A stretch of 64,000 nt of DNA. Origin: an uncultured bacterium (lineage in GTDB: Bacteria; Krumholzibacteriota; Krumholzibacteriia; JACNKJ01). Below the pieces are notes generated by a model that saw only the letters and a program-made list of their open reading frames with translations, made no database searches and was not told the origin of the DNA. Positions 1 to 12,186 of this stretch are shown piece after piece. Position 1 is the stretch's first letter, and each line of letters opens with the position of its first letter. The stretch spans positions 21,671-85,670 of the forward strand of contig CAYTPZ010000003.1 in NCBI GenBank assembly GCA_964440095.1, written 5' to 3'. The translations under genes were made by a program, and so were the position numbers.

Positions 1-610
1 GAAGAGTAGCTGTTTACCGTTCACCATTTCCGAACGGACCACCTGGGCCAGGAACTCCAGGTTCACCTGATGCACAATGCCCGTGGCGGGAGGCACCACG
101 CTGAAATTGTCGAAGGCACCCTGGCCCCAGCGCAGGAACTCGTAGCGTTCACGATTGCGCTTGAACTCCAGCTCGGTGTTCTTGGCCATGGCGTCATTGT
201 CGCCGTAAAAGTCGACCTGCACCGAGTGATCCACCACCAGATCCACCGGCACGCCGGGATTAACCCTGGATGGATCGCCTCCCAAGCGGGCCATGGCGCT
301 ACGCAGGGCGGCCAGGTCAACAACGCTGGGCACGCCGGTGAAGTCCTGTAGGATCACGCGAGCGGGACGGAAGGGAATTTCGTTCTTTCCCGCGGTGGCG
401 GGGCTCCAGGCGGCGATGCGCTCCACGTCTTCGCCGCGGATCTTGAATCCGTCCTCAAGCCTGAGTGCGGCCTCCAGCAGCACCTTGATGCTGCGAGGCA
501 GGCGGCCAATGGAAAAGCCCTTGTTCTCCAGGGCGTCCAGGCGGTAGATGGCGGCCTCGCCATTGGACAGGGGTAGGCTCGCGAGTGATCCGAAACTATT
601 CGTGCTCATG
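1..610 (-). CDS. acnA: Aconitate hydratase A, N-terminal part (gene runs off the window start; 5' end and ATG at ~608-610)
   Basis: My own minus-strand translation from the ATG at ~610 gives [50 protein letters not shown]...[51 protein letters not shown]...[21 protein letters not shown]. These are the conserved AcnA N-terminal motifs ([30 protein letters not shown]). A GGGAG RBS sits ~6 nt upstream. The ORF is absent from the track because its stop lies outside the window. Confidence 0.8.
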
Positions 611-645
611 GCAACTCCCTTCGCGGGTGAACCTACAAACTAAAT

Positions 646-672
646 AGCCCCCCGCCTGCAAGCAAGCGGGGA
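646..672 (-). terminator. Putative hairpin terminator downstream of sdhB
   Basis: GC-rich inverted repeat ccccgc...gcgggg just 3' of the sdhB stop. On the minus strand it is followed by a weak T-rich tract (ctatttagtttg). Confidence 0.35.
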
Positions 673-718
673 GCGAAATGCTCTCAGGGACCGAGGATGT
701 GGCCCCGCCAGACGGAGC

Positions 719-1480
719 CTAGGCACCGCTGAGAGCACCCTTGAAATATTCACGCCGCATTCGCGCGATATTCTCGATACTCACTTCCTTGGGACAAACC
801 GCCTCGCACTCGCCATGGTTGGAGCAGGCGCCGAAGCCTTCCTTATCCATTTGGGCGATCATGGCCAGGGCGCGGCGACCGCGCTCGGGTCCGCCCTGAG
901 GCAGATAGGACAGCTGAGACACCTTGGCACTCAGGAATAGCGAGGCCGAAGCGTTGGGACAGGCCGCGATGCAGGCGCCGCATCCGATGCAGGAGGCGGC
1001 GTCCATGGCCTTGTCGGCCATGGGCTTGGGAATGGGCACGGAATTAGAATCGGGAGCCGAGCCCACATTGCTGGTCACATAGCCCCCCGCTTGCATGATG
1101 CGCTCGAGAGAGGTCCGGTCCACCACCAGATCCTTGATTACCGGCAGGGGCGCCGCGCGGAAGGGTTCTATGATGACCGTGCCTCCGTCGGGGAAGTGGC
1201 GCATGCGAATTTCGCAGGTGGTCACCGCCGCCTTGGGTCCGTGGGCCACACCCTGAATGTTCAGGCCGCAGGTGCCGCAGATTCCCTCGCGACAGTCGCT
1301 GTCGAACTCGATGGCCTCTTCGCCCTGCTTGATGAGTTTCTCATTCAGCAGGTCGAGCATCTCGAGTATGGACATGTTCGGGTTCAGATCATCCATTTGG
1401 TAGTCCTTGAGACCACCGGACTGATCGGGACCGGCCTGACGCCAGATCTTGAGATTTATCGACATCGTTTTATCGCTCAC
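719..1480 (-). CDS. sdhB: Succinate dehydrogenase / fumarate reductase iron-sulfur subunit
   Basis: 2Fe-2S and 4Fe-4S cysteine motifs (CREGICGTCG; CIGCGACIAACPN; CSNHGECEAVCPK). GTG start. Last gene of sdhCAB. Confidence 0.93.
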   Translation of the reverse strand: MSDKTMSINLKIWRQAGPDQSGGLKDYQMDDLNPNMSILEMLDLLNEKLIKQGEEAIEFDSDCREGICGTCGLNIQGVAHGPKAAVTTCEIRMRHFPDGGTVIIEPFRAAPLPVIKDLVVDRTSLERIMQAGGYVTSNVGSAPDSNSVPIPKPMADKAMDAASCIGCGACIAACPNASASLFLSAKVSQLSYLPQGGPERGRRALAMIAQMDKEGFGACSNHGECEAVCPKEVSIENIARMRREYFKGALSGA

Positions 1481-1492
1481 GTTAGGCCTCCC

Positions 1493-3411
<1,919 letters not shown>

Positions 3412-3412
<1 letters not shown>

Positions 3413-4125
3413 TACAGACCTCCCAGGCTGGCGTGGGATACGGCTGAAGGATCAACGAAGAAGTAGACGTAGACCGGAAGCAGCAGGAAACCCACTGCGA
3501 GCAAGAGGGCCACAAGCAGGCCGAGGGTGTAGAGCAGCCCGATCCATCGATCATTGTTCCAGCCCATGGACTGGAAGGCGCTCCAGAATCCGTGGCGCAA
3601 GTGGAAACCCACAATGGCCATCACCAGCACATAGGCACCGGCGATGAGAGGATTCTTGAAGGATTCGATCACCACCGAGTAATAGTCGGTGTGCTCACCG
3701 TGCTCGCCATGGGGCACATTGAGCTTGAACATCCATACGTGCACGAGAACGAAGAGGAAGAGCAGCACGCCCGTCCAGATCATGGTAGTGGACGAGAAGG
3801 TTTTGCGGCTCTTGCCGCCCGCGTCCACCGACTTCTTGTAGCCAATCGCCCGCGCGCGATTCTTGTCGACCATGGCCACCGCCACGGCGGCGCTGATGTG
3901 GACAAGAAACAGTGCGATGAGGCCGATCTCGAAGAGGGTGACGAACCATCCGTCGAAGATGCCTTCGAGGAAGGCCGCGTAACCGTTGAGGGCGTCCGGT
4001 CCCATGTAAATGGTCAGGTTGCCCAGCAGGTGGACGAGGAGAAATCCGATCAGGAAGAGCCCGGTGAGGCCCGTCAGGATCTTCTTTCCCACGGAGGACC
4101 AGAGAACGGCAGTGATTCTGCTCAT
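3412..4125 (-). CDS. sdhC: Succinate dehydrogenase cytochrome b558 subunit (single 5-TM membrane anchor, type B)
   Basis: Polytopic membrane protein with conserved His residues directly upstream of sdhA (4-nt overlap). The track ORF extends to 4254. The start more likely is the internal Met ([15 protein letters not shown]...) at ~4125, which has a GGGAG RBS. Confidence 0.8.
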
Positions 4126-4365
4126 TGGCCAAGCTCCCGGATTAAGTTGAGTTTGCGACCGAGACAGAGTAATTCCAGCAAACCAGACTAGCAACACCAA
4201 AAGCACGGAATTGGCTTCACCTGCACTCCGGCCTCGGCGGGGTTGGTCAATCACCCATGCTGACCATGAGTGCCCGCCTCAAAAGTCGTGCAGGCAAAGC
4301 CAATTCCGTGCTCTCGATGCTGCCAATCAAGTCGATTTCTAAATCTTGGTCGAAGACAGACATGC

Positions 4366-4402
4366 TGAAACAGGAAAACGGGGAGGGCAGAAGCCCTCCC
4401 CG
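4366..4402 (-). terminator. Rho-independent terminator downstream of the C25 peptidase gene
   Basis: Minus-strand stem ggggaggg/ccctcccc followed by GTTTTCCTGTTT, ~120 nt 3' of the stop at 4522. Confidence 0.5.
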
Positions 4403-4521
4403 AGTGAAATGTGCGTCATTCGGCCCTTTCTCCATGCGCTCCGGCTCGCAGACTCGCAAGTCGCGCGATGGAGAAAGGCCTCACTCTCAATTCGAGCGAA
4501 ACTGTACCCGGGTACAGTCTC

Positions 4522-7500
4522 CTACTTAAGCAGCAACATCTTCGACTTCAGAACCTGGCCGTCGAAGGCGAGTCGGCTGAAGTAAACGCCGCTGGCCATG
4601 GACGTACCATGATCGTCACGGCCCAGCCATTCCACTTCCTGATAGCCGGCATCCATGTTGCCGGTGATCAGTGTGGCCACCCTGCGACCCGTCACATCGT
4701 AGACCGCGAGATCAACCTGGCCGGCCTTGGGCAGGTCGAAGCGAATCATGGTCTTCGGGTTGAAGGGGTTGGGGAAGTTGCGGCCCAGAGCCAGAACCTG
4801 AGGCACAGCACCTTCGGCGTCGGTGGGATCACCCGCGTAGGTGATCTTCAGACACCATTCGTTGAAGGTACCCGTGTCGGCACCGGCATTGTCGCTGATG
4901 GTCATGGTCCAGAGACCGCCCACCGCGTCGCCGATGAAGTCATCCAGGTTTCCAGCGGGATCCATGTCGTCCGGATACCAGCCGATGAGGTTGTCCGTGC
5001 TGCCGCCCGTGCGGTTGTGCAGGATCACCGAAGTTCCATCCGGACTTTCCAAGGTGACGATGAGGTCGCCCTGATAAGTGTGGGTGATGTCCACAAAGAC
5101 TTCGATGTTGGTCACGGCCGCTCCGAGTGCGATGTCCATGCTGTCATCAATGGTCGTGTTATCGCCAATGAACAGCCCGGGCTCGCTGCAGAACGTGGCT
5201 TCATAAACGATGGACAGATCCAGGTTGATACCTGTGGCGTCCTCGCCCGGTCCCAGAGGAACATCCACGATTTCGGTGGAGAAACCGTTCTTGCTGGCGC
5301 GAATCTCATAGCCGCCGGCATAGAGTCCCGGCAGGGAATAGAGACCGTCGGCGCCGGTGTAGACGTATCCGCCACCGGGGATGGCTTCCACGAGCACGTC
5401 GGAATAGTCGGTCTCGCCTTCCAGTGTCACCGCACCGCTGATGGAGCAGTCGCCCACTTCCTGGGTCATGAGCCAGGTTACGGCGTTCTGCAGAAGCAGC
5501 GGCCGCACGGCAGCGTCCATGGCCGAGTAGTTGAAGGCGAAGAAGACGATCTGTCCGCCTTCGGGCGCCGGATTGGGATCGTAGGCGATGATACTGCCGT
5601 CGCCCGCGTAGTCGCTCCAGCTACCCACGGCCACAGCGTCTGCGGCCACGTCCACGGCGTCATGATCACCGTAGCCCGCGTAGCTCATGGAGATCGGAGA
5701 AGGAATGATGTTGGGATAGGAGACCACGTAGTGATCGGGCTCGGCCACGGTCACATTGCCACTCTCATCGTGGTTCCAATCAACATGGTGCAGCACCTTC
5801 GTGGCGAAGTCGCCACTCTGGTGATCATAGGCGACCTCGCCGCCTTCGATGAGCACATGCCCGCCGACTTCCACGAAGTCCACTAGTGCATTAGTGAAGC
5901 TCGCATCGCCAAAGGGTGAAGTGTTGTCACCAGCCGAAACCAGAATGAGATCGTAGTTTGCCCAAGTGAGAGGATCGGTTCCGCCCATGCTTTCCAGGGT
6001 GCTCGTGTAACCGAGCTCATCGAGGTCAGTGATGATATCAGCCACGGCCTTGCCCACTTCGCTCGAATAACCCTCGGCGATAATGGCACCGGTCTTTTCA
6101 TCGACCTTGGCTTCATTCCAAGCGCTCTTGCCGCTGTCGTTGATGACCAGCAGATCGCCAATAGTGGGATCGAGCACAAAGCTCTTGGTGATAACCGGCT
6201 CGTTCACTTCGATACCGAGGGTCACGGGAATGTAGTGCCATGCCTTCACCGTAACCGTGTAATCGAAGTAAGGCAGAGACGGCGTGGTGTAGCTGCCGTC
6301 GACCGGATCAGTGGTGGTCTCGGCGTAGAGAAGACCCGTGTCCGTGCGATAGACCTTCACGGTGGCTTCCAGAGGATCGCCGAATTCGGAATCGGTGACC
6401 GTACCGGTAATCACACCTGCGGGCGCCGGAGCCAGATTCACATCCAGAGTGTTGGCGCCGTAGTTCAGGAAGAAGGTCTCTTCGTGATGCAGATATCCGA
6501 AGAGATCCACCGCGATGTCGTACTCCGCGACCACGATGTCTTCGCCCATGTCATAGTTGCCCGCTCCGTCGGTCATGGTCTCAAAGACCATCGCGTCAAG
6601 AACGTCGTATCCACGAACCCAGGCCCCCACGGCCGGAGATCCGTCGGCATCCACATGACCGGTCAGCGTACCGTAGGCCTCGATCACTTCGAAGGCTGCG
6701 TAGACTAGGTTGCTGCCGTCCTTCGCGAAGTAAACGTCAACTTCCCCCAGGGCCGTCGGCGTAATGGTCAGAGAATTCTCGGTGGTCTGATCGATCAGAA
6801 CACCATCCTGGTAGGCATAGAGAATGTGCTCGGGCACGCCGCCGAATCCGGAAGCCGTAATGGTTCCCGGCAGGTTCAGGGCGAACGCGCCGCTCAGGCC
6901 AATGTCGGTGCTCACACTCAGGGAGATTCCCATGAGCGGATCGGCATTGACGATCAGGTCTTCACGGAAGAGTTCCCAGCTCTCGGCAGGGTCCTGCCCC
7001 ACCATATCGATACTCGGACCGTAGGGATAGATCACGTTGATGGTCGCGTAACCCGCGGCATCGGTGAAAGCGTGAGCGCTCTCGTACTCGAGACCGTCGG
7101 CCCAAACTTCGATGCCTTCCTTGGGCGTTACGCCGTCATACTCGAAGACGCCCACGGTCACATCGGTGGCCACGTTGGCGTCGATGTTGTCAGGACTGAA
7201 TGTGATGTGCGCAGGCACGATCACGTTCAGCGCGACGATGTAAGGTTCATGATTCTGATTCGTCACCACCAGCTCGGCGGCACCGGGAAGCAGAGGAGCC
7301 GCGAAGACCGGAAGGTCCAAGCTTCCACTTAGATCAACGGTTCCGGCGCCCAGAATCTCGCCGTCGCGTGTCAGGGCCACATAACTCCCTGGAGTCGCTT
7401 CAACGGCGATGGTCGACCAGGTGGTGAAGATGGTCGCGGGGTGCACGACAGGATTCACCGCCGGTACGCCCAGGTAGGTGCTCAGGCTCGGGTCGCCCTG

Positions 7501-9279
7501 CAGGTTATAGGTGGTCCAGTAGTTATTCGCGAGGCCGGAACCCGATTCGGAAACCGCGAGGTTGCCGCTGAAGATGATCGCGTCGTTGGTCACATACCAC
7601 TGTGCCATGGCTTCACCATGATCGTGGAAGAGACCATCGTAGGTACCCAGGCCCGTATCTTCGTAGGGATAGGCTGATCCATTGATCTCTCCGCCGGGAT
7701 GGAAACCCACGCCCCACCAGTAGTCTTCATCCCAGTAGGTGTTCATGCTGGCGCCGATGTAACCGATTCCGCCCTTGTCGGTCACGCGCAGCCATGTTTC
7801 GCCGAAGCACTCGGCCGAACCATAGGAACCGGTGACGCAGCAGTTACCGATGGCCAGACAGTACTTCCCGTAGTTGTCCAGGCCGTTAATGTCCGACTGC
7901 GTGAAGGAGGGATCGGCCCAGCTGGTCGTGCTGCCGTGCGCCGTGTAGTTGATGAAGGAAACACCATCGCTGACATTCTGGATGATGTTCGAAGAGTTGC
8001 TGCCCGACTCGGGATACAGGTAGGTGTGGCTGTAGATCCCGTGAGCCGAGTTGAAATAGTGCTCAGTTCCATAGTTGATCTGGCCGTTGCCATGGGTGGG
8101 GCCGAAGCTCCCGTCCATGCCGGCGATCATCACGACTTCGCCCAGATAACTGGGATCGGGCATGGTGAACTCGTCGTACATCAGGGTCTTGTCCATCATC
8201 GCCTGCAACTGCGTGGGATTGGTGGCGCTGAAGCGACCGTAGTACATGTCGGGGATGTGGTCCCCATCCACGGCGCAGTAGGGACGGTCGGTGGTGTAAC
8301 CACTTTCGGTCCAGGCCGGCATCTGAGCCACGTCACCCACGAAAAGCACGAAACTGGGCGCAGGCTGCTCGGGCGTGCCGTTGTTGTAGAGGCCGTGCAG
8401 GTAGTCGCGAATCTGTTCCTTGGTGGTTCCCACTTCGGGGGTACCCGTGACAGCCAGAATCGTGTTGAAGCCGCGACGAATCTTCCAATCGACGAATTCG
8501 CCGAGCTGCATTTCGAACTCGGGAGGCGTCACGATGACCATGGTTACGAAGTCGGTCACGTGATCGGGATAATCATCGTGGATTCCCCGATATCCCGCGA
8601 TACCTTCGTAAAGATGTGAGAAGAAGGGACTGTGCACGGAGGCCTTGAGATCCTCGTCCGCGAAAATGTCGCCGCCTTCGAAACGAAGTTCGAATTCGAT
8701 TTGGGTGGCAACTTCCAGTTCGCCCGTCTCGGGGAAGTAGGCCAGAGGCGCCACTTCCAGGCGGCCCATATCCACAGCGCGTAGGCGGCCTAATTCAACC
8801 ACCTTCACCATTTCATAGGCAACACGATCAGTGCTGTAGCTGGCCCGGTCGTAGACGAAAGGCCAGTCGGCGGCATCGACATTCTTGGGCATGCTGGGCT
8901 GGGCCGGCATGACGCGATGCTCGAATCCGAAATCCGCCAGGCGAATACGTTCGGTCTGAAGAGAGAGAATCTCGATACGAGTATTGGCCCCGAAGGGAAT
9001 CTCGTAGAGGCGATTCATCTGCGGCAATTCCGGAGCGCCTTCCACCTTCGAAGAATGGAATCCGGGTATCGTCAGGCGGGTGAACAGACCCTCGGGCGTG
9101 TTCACTTCCAAAGCCTCGATGCTTCCCAGTTCGGCGCGGAAGGTGAGGACGTTCTCCTCGGCCGCGGTCAAAGTTAGTCCGTTGAGTTCATCCCCTATAG
9201 GGAGGGTTGTGGTCGCCGCCATCGCACTTAAGGCGAAGAGGGCGAAGCATAGCGCAAGAAGACCCTTCGGGATTCTCAT
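4522..9279 (-). CDS. Secreted gingipain-like cysteine peptidase (peptidase C25) with carboxypeptidase-regulatory-like and proprotein-convertase P-domains and a T9SS-type C-terminal sorting domain
   Basis: Signal peptide. C25-like region (VLFVGDVAQMPAW...; YCLAIGNCCVTGSYGSAECFGETW). P-domain-like block (GDLIVTLESPDGTSVILHNRTGG). C-terminal FPNPFNPKTMIRFDLPKAGQVDLAVYDVTGRRV...SGVYFSRL. Confidence 0.75.
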   Translation of the reverse strand: MRIPKGLLALCFALFALSAMAATTTLPIGDELNGLTLTAAEENVLTFRAELGSIEALEVNTPEGLFTRLTIPGFHSSKVEGAPELPQMNRLYEIPFGANTRIEILSLQTERIRLADFGFEHRVMPAQPSMPKNVDAADWPFVYDRASYSTDRVAYEMVKVVELGRLRAVDMGRLEVAPLAYFPETGELEVATQIEFELRFEGGDIFADEDLKASVHSPFFSHLYEGIAGYRGIHDDYPDHVTDFVTMVIVTPPEFEMQLGEFVDWKIRRGFNTILAVTGTPEVGTTKEQIRDYLHGLYNNGTPEQPAPSFVLFVGDVAQMPAWTESGYTTDRPYCAVDGDHIPDMYYGRFSATNPTQLQAMMDKTLMYDEFTMPDPSYLGEVVMIAGMDGSFGPTHGNGQINYGTEHYFNSAHGIYSHTYLYPESGSNSSNIIQNVSDGVSFINYTAHGSTTSWADPSFTQSDINGLDNYGKYCLAIGNCCVTGSYGSAECFGETWLRVTDKGGIGYIGASMNTYWDEDYWWGVGFHPGGEINGSAYPYEDTGLGTYDGLFHDHGEAMAQWYVTNDAIIFSGNLAVSESGSGLANNYWTTYNLQGDPSLSTYLGVPAVNPVVHPATIFTTWSTIAVEATPGSYVALTRDGEILGAGTVDLSGSLDLPVFAAPLLPGAAELVVTNQNHEPYIVALNVIVPAHITFSPDNIDANVATDVTVGVFEYDGVTPKEGIEVWADGLEYESAHAFTDAAGYATINVIYPYGPSIDMVGQDPAESWELFREDLIVNADPLMGISLSVSTDIGLSGAFALNLPGTITASGFGGVPEHILYAYQDGVLIDQTTENSLTITPTALGEVDVYFAKDGSNLVYAAFEVIEAYGTLTGHVDADGSPAVGAWVRGYDVLDAMVFETMTDGAGNYDMGEDIVVAEYDIAVDLFGYLHHEETFFLNYGANTLDVNLAPAPAGVITGTVTDSEFGDPLEATVKVYRTDTGLLYAETTTDPVDGSYTTPSLPYFDYTVTVKAWHYIPVTLGIEVNEPVITKSFVLDPTIGDLLVINDSGKSAWNEAKVDEKTGAIIAEGYSSEVGKAVADIITDLDELGYTSTLESMGGTDPLTWANYDLILVSAGDNTSPFGDASFTNALVDFVEVGGHVLIEGGEVAYDHQSGDFATKVLHHVDWNHDESGNVTVAEPDHYVVSYPNIIPSPISMSYAGYGDHDAVDVAADAVAVGSWSDYAGDGSIIAYDPNPAPEGGQIVFFAFNYSAMDAAVRPLLLQNAVTWLMTQEVGDCSISGAVTLEGETDYSDVLVEAIPGGGYVYTGADGLYSLPGLYAGGYEIRASKNGFSTEIVDVPLGPGEDATGINLDLSIVYEATFCSEPGLFIGDNTTIDDSMDIALGAAVTNIEVFVDITHTYQGDLIVTLESPDGTSVILHNRTGGSTDNLIGWYPDDMDPAGNLDDFIGDAVGGLWTMTISDNAGADTGTFNEWCLKITYAGDPTDAEGAVPQVLALGRNFPNPFNPKTMIRFDLPKAGQVDLAVYDVTGRRVATLITGNMDAGYQEVEWLGRDDHGTSMASGVYFSRLAFDGQVLKSKMLLLK

Positions 9280-9401
9280 CTCCGATCCTTTCTCATGGCA
9301 TGTTTGGAATGCGTATCCGGCAATTCCGATCTTTTGATCTCATGATTCTACCATATTCAGACAGGTGGGTCTTTTGAAAAGCCTCCCGACTATCACCAGC
9401 C

Positions 9402-9428
9402 ACAAAAAACCCCTCCCGAAGGAGGGGC
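9402..9428 (-). terminator. Rho-independent terminator downstream of the BNR-repeat gene
   Basis: Minus strand reads cccctccttcgggagggg followed by TTTTTTGTG, ~20 nt after the stop at 9447. Confidence 0.65.
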
Positions 9429-9446
9429 GGGCTAGGGAATTACAGC

Positions 9447-11978
9447 TTATTTCAATAGATGGATTTTAAGGGAATGTGAGGAGTTACCCGCCGCAAGGCG
9501 AACGAAATAGACACCTGAGGAAACCGGAGCGCCAGTCTCGCGCCGTCCATCCCAAATGGCGCTCTGCTCTCCGGCCGGATAGTTCTCGGCGTCGAGTAAG
9601 TGCCGAACAAGACGGCCCGACACATCGAAAACATCCAACTTCACAGGACCGGCCTCGGCAAGGTGGAAGCGGATCTCGGTACTTGGATTGAAGGGATTGG
9701 GAAAGTTGCCCAGCAAGTTCGCGCGAGCCTGCGAGGGGGCATCGTCCACAGAAGTCACCTGGGAGAGGTCCAAACGGAACATGGACCTGCCGTGAGTACC
9801 CGCCACCAGGTTGCGCGTGGGCTGGTGGAACTTCAGATCCAGAACGGGCACATTGGGCAGCCCCGTCCCCAAAGCCTGCCAAGCGTAGCTCGGCGCCGAG
9901 GCGTAATAAACCCCCACGTCGCTGCCCACGAAAAGTTGCTGAGGATAATCGGGATCCGCCACCACCGAGTAGAGAGGAAGTTCGGGCAGGCCCGCGCTGA
10001 TGTCCTGCCAATTCGCGCCGTAGTCGGTAGATTTGAAAAGGTGCGAGAGCGGATCATCCCAACGCAGACCCGAGTAGCATACGTAGACCGTGGAGTCGTC
10101 GTAGGGATCCACCTCGACGCGCGTTACCCAACGCTCGGGAAGATCGTCGCTGATGAGGGACCAGTTCCCCCCACCATTTTGAGTCACCCAGACTTTCGAG
10201 TCATCGGTGCCCACATAGAGGGTGCTCGGATCGCTGGGAGCCACGGCGATCGTCGTGATGGTGCCGAAGTTCGCCCCGTGATTGCCGCCGGTGAGATCGC
10301 CGCTGATGGACGACCAGCTGCTCGATCCATTGGTGGATCGATAGAGCCGGTAGGTACCGTAGTACATGGTTTCCGGATTGCTCGGATCCATGACCACCGG
10401 CGTGGACCAGTTGCGCCGATCTCCGCTGTTGATGCCGCTGGTGGCACCGTTCCAACTGGAGCCTCCATTGGTGGACACGCCCAGCCCGCCGTACTGGTAC
10501 TCTGCCCAGATCTTGTTGGCGTTGCTCGGATGCACCAGGCAATAGAAGCCGTCGCCGCCGTAGATATTATCCCAATCGTCCGGGTCGCCGTCGAAGGTGG
10601 CCAGGGTACCGTTGTCCTGGGTGCCGCCGTAGAGCCGCTCGGGATTTTGCGGGTCGATGGTGATGGCGTAGAACTGGCTTGCCGGCTGATCGTAGAGCTT
10701 GCTCCAGCTACTTCCATAGTTGGTGGAGCGATAGAGTCCGCCGTCATTGCCCTCGTAAATGCGTCCTGATTGGTGGGGATCGAAGGCGAGCGCGTGATGA
10801 TCCACATGCATGCCGCTCACAGAGGACCAGCTTCCCCCGCCATTGCTGCTGCGGTAGAAGCCGAGGCCCAGGGCAAAGACCAGGTTGGGATCATCGGGGG
10901 ACACGCGTATGTTGCCGAACCACCAGCCGTAGGAACTGTACATGCCAGACAGGCCGCCATCGTTGCTTCGGATCCAACTGAGTCCGCCGTTGCTGCTTTT
11001 GTAGACTCCATCGAAGTAACCGGGATCGTCGGCATAGATGGCGTAAAGCGTGTTGGGCTGGGATGCGCAAAGCGTCAGCCCGATGCGCCCCACATCGCTG
11101 CCCGAGGGCAGGCCGCTGGTCAGCTCGCTCCAGCTATCGCCGCCGTCGCTGCTCTTCCAGATGCCGCTGCTCAGGCCACCACTGCGCCGATAGGTGAGCC
11201 CCCGCACCCGTTCCCACATGGCCGCGTAGAGAATGTCGGGATTCGCCGGATTCATGACCAGGTCGATGCAGGCCGTGGAATCGGTGAGGGCGAAAACTTG
11301 CGACCAGCTGTCGCCGCCGTCGAGAGTCCGATAAACGCCGCGCTCGGGGCTGGGGCCGAAGAGTTCGCCCGTGCAGGCGGCGAAAACGCGGTCGCCGTCT
11401 GTGGGATCCACCACCACGCGAGCGATGTAGCGGGTTTCCTCCAGCCCCTTGTAGGCCCAAGTACCGCCCCCGTCATCCGACCTATAGATACCCAGGCCGA
11501 AGAAGCTGTAGCTGGCCGCGTTGGCTTCGCCTGTGCCCACCCAAACCGTTTGAGGATTGCCGGGGTCCACAGCCACCGATCCCACGGACAAGCTGGGCTG
11601 ATCGTCGAAGATGGGCGTCCAGTTGCTGCCCGCATTCAGGCTCTTGAAAACACCACCGCTGGCGATGGCCGCATAGACCACGCCTTCATTCACGGGATCG
11701 ACGGCCAGATCGGTGATGCGACCACCGATGTTCGTGGGACCGGCCTGCTCCCAGACAGGGCCATCACGATCGGCCGCTTGGCGGAGAACCTGGGCCTGGC
11801 CGAGGCCTTCTTTATAGGCCTCGAAATTGATTTTTCCCTGGGGCCAAGCCCGCTGATTCCAGAGCCACTGATTGGGGCGTCCGTTGGGCTCACGGGCGGG
11901 ACTGTCATCCGAAAAAACCAGGAAGAGAATGGCAGCCACAGGCAGGAGAAGGGCTAGGCCAAGGATGGTGCGCTTCAT
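9447..11978 (-). CDS. Secreted multi-BNR/Asp-box repeat protein (sortilin/GH74-like beta-propellers) with T9SS-type C-terminal sorting domain
   Basis: Signal peptide. At least eight S-x-D-x-G-x-T/S-W repeats (GGDSWSQ, DGGDSWSE, NGGLSWIR, NGGGSWSS, NYGSSWSK, NGGSSWNG, NGSSSWSS, NGGGNWSL). C-terminal FPNPFNPSTEIRFHL...VFDVSGRLV...SGVYFVRL. Confidence 0.8.
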   Translation of the reverse strand: MKRTILGLALLLPVAAILFLVFSDDSPAREPNGRPNQWLWNQRAWPQGKINFEAYKEGLGQAQVLRQAADRDGPVWEQAGPTNIGGRITDLAVDPVNEGVVYAAIASGGVFKSLNAGSNWTPIFDDQPSLSVGSVAVDPGNPQTVWVGTGEANAASYSFFGLGIYRSDDGGGTWAYKGLEETRYIARVVVDPTDGDRVFAACTGELFGPSPERGVYRTLDGGDSWSQVFALTDSTACIDLVMNPANPDILYAAMWERVRGLTYRRSGGLSSGIWKSSDGGDSWSELTSGLPSGSDVGRIGLTLCASQPNTLYAIYADDPGYFDGVYKSSNGGLSWIRSNDGGLSGMYSSYGWWFGNIRVSPDDPNLVFALGLGFYRSSNGGGSWSSVSGMHVDHHALAFDPHQSGRIYEGNDGGLYRSTNYGSSWSKLYDQPASQFYAITIDPQNPERLYGGTQDNGTLATFDGDPDDWDNIYGGDGFYCLVHPSNANKIWAEYQYGGLGVSTNGGSSWNGATSGINSGDRRNWSTPVVMDPSNPETMYYGTYRLYRSTNGSSSWSSISGDLTGGNHGANFGTITTIAVAPSDPSTLYVGTDDSKVWVTQNGGGNWSLISDDLPERWVTRVEVDPYDDSTVYVCYSGLRWDDPLSHLFKSTDYGANWQDISAGLPELPLYSVVADPDYPQQLFVGSDVGVYYASAPSYAWQALGTGLPNVPVLDLKFHQPTRNLVAGTHGRSMFRLDLSQVTSVDDAPSQARANLLGNFPNPFNPSTEIRFHLAEAGPVKLDVFDVSGRLVRHLLDAENYPAGEQSAIWDGRRETGAPVSSGVYFVRLAAGNSSHSLKIHLLK

Positions 11979-12043
11979 GGGGCCTCCACGAGGAATGGGT
12001 CCCCATATTATAGCAAAAGCCCCGTGGTCGTGACCACGGGGCC

Positions 12044-12122
12044 TGGGCGGGAGCGACGAGATTCGAACTCGCGACCTCCTGCTCGACAGGCAGGCGTTCT
12101 AACCAAACTGAACTACGCCCCC
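12044..12122 (-). tRNA. tRNA-Asp (anticodon GTC)
   Basis: The reverse complement reads GGGGGCGTAGTTCAGTTTGGTTAGAACGCCTGCCTGTCGAGCAGGAGGTCGCGAGTTCGAATCTCGTCGCTCCCGCCCA. It has D/T arms (GTTCGAATC), an anticodon loop CTGTCGA and a CCA end. Boundaries +/-2. Confidence 0.85.
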
Positions 12123-12186
12123 AAATGCTGCGAGTGGCGCAAATTAGCAAAGGCCTGGGGCAAAGTCAATAGCCCCCCAAAGCCCT

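Noticed and set aside
11979-12186. tRNA-Asp as an integration site for a mobile or genomic island carrying the secreted-protein genes
   Set aside because: No integrase, recombinase, direct repeat of the tRNA 3' end, or compositional shift is evident on either side. The flanking genes are ordinary (BNR cargo, SpoIID-like, anmK).
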